The notes beneath the pieces were generated by a model. It was not told the DNA's origin. It saw only the letters and a list, made by a program, of their open reading frames with translations, and did not search any database. A DNA stretch of 33,245 nt from Craspedostauros australis (Eukaryota). The position numbers and the translations under genes were made by a program. The stretch covers positions 62,001 to 95,245 of the forward strand of contig JALAGF010000480.1 in assembly GCA_030167865.1 (NCBI GenBank). The letters run 5' to 3'. Within the stretch, counting starts at the first letter, position 1. Every line of letters starts with the position of its first letter. This document shows, piece by piece, positions 29,832-33,245 of this stretch.

Positions 29832-31565
29832 TCACACCCATGTTCGGTTCAGCTTTTCCAAAAGCCCGTCCCACGTGACAACACCCTCGAACAATCGCTC
29901 TTTGTCCACACTGCAGAATTCACGCTTCACGTACGCTGTGCGACGGAATGCCTCGCGATGTGCCACTTCGCCATCAAGAGAGGCATGCCATTCCGGCATC
30001 CACTTCTTCTCGATCTCAAGTGACATCTCCAGAAGCTCCTCCAGTTCATGATTCGGCGGACAATCCAAGGGAAGATCTGCCATGGTCTTGTTCAGGACGT
30101 CTTTGTAATAGTTCTGCAGCCAAGTAGCCTTGTCCAGCCTGGTACTGTTGACCTGCACAGCTTCGCTGAGGATACCTCGTTGCGCTGCGGTAAACACAAT
30201 GTTGTTGAGCATGATAAAGATCATTGTCCTGGAATTGCTGTGAGTGGTCGTCTTCCTTTGCTGTAGGTATTCGCACGAGCTGGGTGCGTCCGGGATGATG
30301 TCGCAGAGGAACTGCTTCGAGATATCTCGTTTGTCGTGGAAGTTCATGATTTGGATTGGGAAATTACTTTGTTTCCATGATGAGATGATGCCATCTATGA
30401 ATATGTAATCTTCCGCAACAGTCATTGTGATGGAGCCACCCTTGTACGGGTGTGAACTGATGTTCATCCATGCTCGTATCGACGACCAAACATTTCCATG
30501 CATTGTGCCATTTTCACGGGGCCACTGAGATGCTGACCCGTTATTCCATACCTCCATCCCAAATATTTGCTTCGAAGTGCTGATCATCCAGTCAAACACA
30601 CGTCGGTAGGTGACGATAATGGATACATCCCAGCCTCTGAGCAGGTGTCGCAGGTTGGCAAAGTAATCAGGGCTCTGGAACAACCCGGCTGCGGGGTACT
30701 TGAACCTGAAGCCCCGATTCTCGGTGCTGAATATCATCGAGATGTTTTGTTGCCTTGCTGCATCAAGTAGCCTTTGTGTTTCCACCAGCCGGGGCGGCAC
30801 CTTTGGTAGCGATCGCGAGGGCGGCTGCGGCGCTGATGTTGCTGCGGGTGTGCCGTCTGTGCGTGCATGATTGTTCATCAACAACTGCTGACTTGTCATT
30901 TGCTTCCTGTACTTCGTATATGGGTCACGCATGGCTTTCCAATGGAATGCGCGCTCCAAAGAACATAAATCGAGGCGCTCAGCTGTAAATGGTTCTTTCG
31001 AACACAGTAGTCCTGAATCCCAATAGCGGTCTTCGGCGAGGATTTGCTTTTCTCTGAGTTCCACTATGTCCTTTTGCAGCGAGGTCGTGGCTGTCTTTGG
31101 TGGACCAAAATGAAGCACCAGCCGGTTCTTCCTTTCTTTGAGAATATTCTCAGTCGGCGGAAGCGTTTCCGTATCCATTCCTGGCACGCCCGTGCGCATG
31201 TCAGCTTGAATCTCTTTGACAGTCGAAGATGATCCCTCCATCTCGACGGTAGCGGCTGTTGTCAGTGGCTCATCCATCGCGAAGGACGAAGTCTGCCGCT
31301 TCATGCTCTGCATCTCAGAGGATCGCAGGAACAAAGAGAAACCGACCACCACAGCAAGTACCGCCACCATCTTGGCTATCGTGATGGATCGGCGCTTCCT
31401 TGGTTGTTGGCGACCTTCGATTCTGTTGTCATTTTTCATCCGTTGGCCAGAGATATTCGTGTTGCTGCCATGATGGCGCTGCGTGACGACAGTGTTTCGG
31501 GTCGGCTGGTTGAGCCCCTTGTGTGTACCTGTCGCTCCATCCACTCTGTCGGAATGGGCATCCAT
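29832..31565 (-). CDS. Type II membrane protein with a P-loop sulfotransferase-like domain; start uncertain (ATG 31565 or 31439)
   Basis: Basic stretch PRKRRS, then a single TM MVAVLAVVVGFSLFL and a stem. LVLHFGPPKTATTSLQ resembles the 5'-PAPS-binding loop, followed by IFSTE and IIVTYRRVFDWMIS (R-x7-S, 3'-phosphate-binding-like). Uninterrupted ORF of more than 570 codons. Confidence 0.72.
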   Translation of the reverse strand: MDAHSDRVDGATGTHKGLNQPTRNTVVTQRHHGSNTNISGQRMKNDNRIEGRQQPRKRRSITIAKMVAVLAVVVGFSLFLRSSEMQSMKRQTSSFAMDEPLTTAATVEMEGSSSTVKEIQADMRTGVPGMDTETLPPTENILKERKNRLVLHFGPPKTATTSLQKDIVELREKQILAEDRYWDSGLLCSKEPFTAERLDLCSLERAFHWKAMRDPYTKYRKQMTSQQLLMNNHARTDGTPAATSAPQPPSRSLPKVPPRLVETQRLLDAARQQNISMIFSTENRGFRFKYPAAGLFQSPDYFANLRHLLRGWDVSIIVTYRRVFDWMISTSKQIFGMEVWNNGSASQWPRENGTMHGNVWSSIRAWMNISSHPYKGGSITMTVAEDYIFIDGIISSWKQSNFPIQIMNFHDKRDISKQFLCDIIPDAPSSCEYLQQRKTTTHSNSRTMIFIMLNNIVFTAAQRGILSEAVQVNSTRLDKATWLQNYYKDVLNKTMADLPLDCPPNHELEELLEMSLEIEKKWMPEWHASLDGEVAHREAFRRTAYVKREFCSVDKERLFEGVVTWDGLLEKLNRTWV

Positions 31566-33190
31566 GATGAAGAGCTCAATGTGGAGGTTCTTCGATGTTT
31601 GCACGTGTATGAGCAACTATGCGTACGATGTACGATACATTGGACGTGACTGGGTTTGTTGTGGTGATTGTGTGATGTGTGTTCCAGACACGTGCGCTGG
31701 TTGCGTGAGAGTCTGTGTCAGATGGAGAAACAGAGGATTTATGAGGTTGTTCTGCTGTTGTGGAGAAGGCAGACACAGCTGTGCCAGACTGACGTCGGCC
31801 AGACTATGACAGTTGCCCACAGTTGGCTACAATTGGATCACAAAAAAAAACTGCTGTGTAGATCGTGGTACACTTTCTACGTAAGTCCCGAACAAAAACA
31901 GGCCAAAAACAGCATCATCCATAGTCAAACTCTCAGGACTTAGCTTGTGTGTGTGTTCCTGTACTCATCTTTCCATAGTAGCATCATATGGCATTTATAT
32001 ATACAAAACTGAAGTTTGGTGTCTGTTGCTCTCTTTATCGGTGAGCACTGATGTGATCCGTCAAGTACCCCCCATCATTCAAGGACGTTGTTGGCTTCTG
32101 GTTGGCATGTTTTCTTGCTCTGGTTGTTGCAAACATCTGATCCAACCATCGCTGACGTCATGATGACGCAATCATTGGAACCAGAATTCTCCAAACGAAC
32201 CTCCGAAATTTGGGATCCGAGTGGTCAAATATCATTCTGACCTACAAGGGAGCACTAAACGCAAGCATACCTCCATTCCATCGCACTCAAACATTATATA
32301 CCACATGGTTGCGACCACCTCGGAGAGAGGATTTTGAAATGATATCTATTGTGCAGATTGAGCCAAAGACCGCTAAGTCCGGAGACTTCAAAGAAGGAGA
32401 GTCGAATTTCTCTGAGAAAAGAGGCAAGATCCTAACGAACTTCTGGAGAATCCTACGCGTTGCCAAAAATATCCAACAACACCCCGGTCTGTCCTTCGTC
32501 CGAATGCAACACCGCGCCAAGGGGGTCAACAAACACATCAAGATCAACGAGATGGTGGTAACAACAAGATAATGTTATCGCTTGCCTGGATAGCCCTGGC
32601 TCTTAAGTTTACGTAGATGCAAAGAGATATTCGATTGACTTTCTCCAGATTCAAGTCTGAGGTTGGGAAAAACGGGTCCAAAATCTGTAGCCAACCGTGC
32701 CAATTGTAGCCAACTTTCGGGGTCTGTTTGATAGGCGCTCGTTCTCAGGGGAACACGGTAATTTGTCCACTCACGACTCCACGAGCTCGTGATTGAGCTG
32801 AATCGAGTCGTGCTTTATGACGTAGTTCCCGCCAAGCGCCGAAGTTGCGCGCCGGGCGTGCCTGATCCCGGAACGCCGCTCTCGCCCGATTCCCAATCGC
32901 GCGCTTGGTTAGTTGTGAGGTTCGCTTGTGCAAACGAGTGTCANTTTCGTGTCGTTTGGCGAACGGNCGTGATGCCGAAAACAAGCTTCANAGTACTGCG
33001 ACATGTTACATTGTNTCAATTCGGACAAATGTGTTCTTCATTTTTGGACAAGTCACGATTTCGTGTCGCATACACATAATATGCTAGCTATTTCGATTAT
33101 GTATGAATTGTCCTACCGCCAATGAAAAATATTGTGTACAAATATACGTAGAACAAGTACCAAGTTTGGCTTTGTTTGAATTTTTGTGTC

Positions 33191-33245
33191 GGGGGACACA
33201 GGGGGGACAGAGGGGTACACAGGGGGGACACAGGGGGACAGAGGG
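33191..33245 (+). repeat. G-tract tandem minisatellite (unit about G4-6-ACA[C/G]A), truncated at the window end
   Basis: ggggg-acaca, gggggg-acaga, gggg-tacaca, gggggg-acaca, ggggg-acaga, ggg read directly. Confidence 0.85.

Noticed and set aside
32944-33015. Four N bases spaced 23-24 nt apart (32944, 32967, 32991, 33015)
   Set aside because: The sequences between them are not repeats of each other. Most likely an assembly or base-calling artefact, not a CRISPR-like array.
33191-33245. Telomere call for the terminal G-rich repeat
   Set aside because: The unit is irregular and is not TTAGGG-type. It cannot be supported from 55 nt.

Overview
Gene-dense eukaryotic nuclear DNA, most likely from a diatom or related ochrophyte. 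The evidence is GT-AG introns and signal peptide + ASAFAP-like bipartite plastid-targeting leaders. From left to right: a truncated putative plastid-targeted gene, an ankyrin-like-repeat protein, NDUFAF5 (3 exons), a thylakoid-lumen cyclophilin paired head-to-head with a TruC-like pseudouridine synthase, a kinesin-7-like motor (3 exons) ending in a hydrophobic membrane-anchor-like tail, ESF1, a CPBP/CAAX intramembrane protease, a very long DNA2 nuclease-helicase (5 exons, about 2142 aa), an Obg GTPase, a CpG-depleted patch with decayed genes, a type II membrane sulfotransferase-like protein, and a G-tract tandem repeat at the right edge. Splice junctions were derived by hand and join in frame. 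No prokaryotic-type system (CRISPR, defence island, intact transposon) is visible. The most unusual items are the apparently membrane-anchored kinesin, the CpG-depleted pseudogene island and the plastid-targeted TruC-like enzyme. All assignments come from motif recognition; no searches were run.
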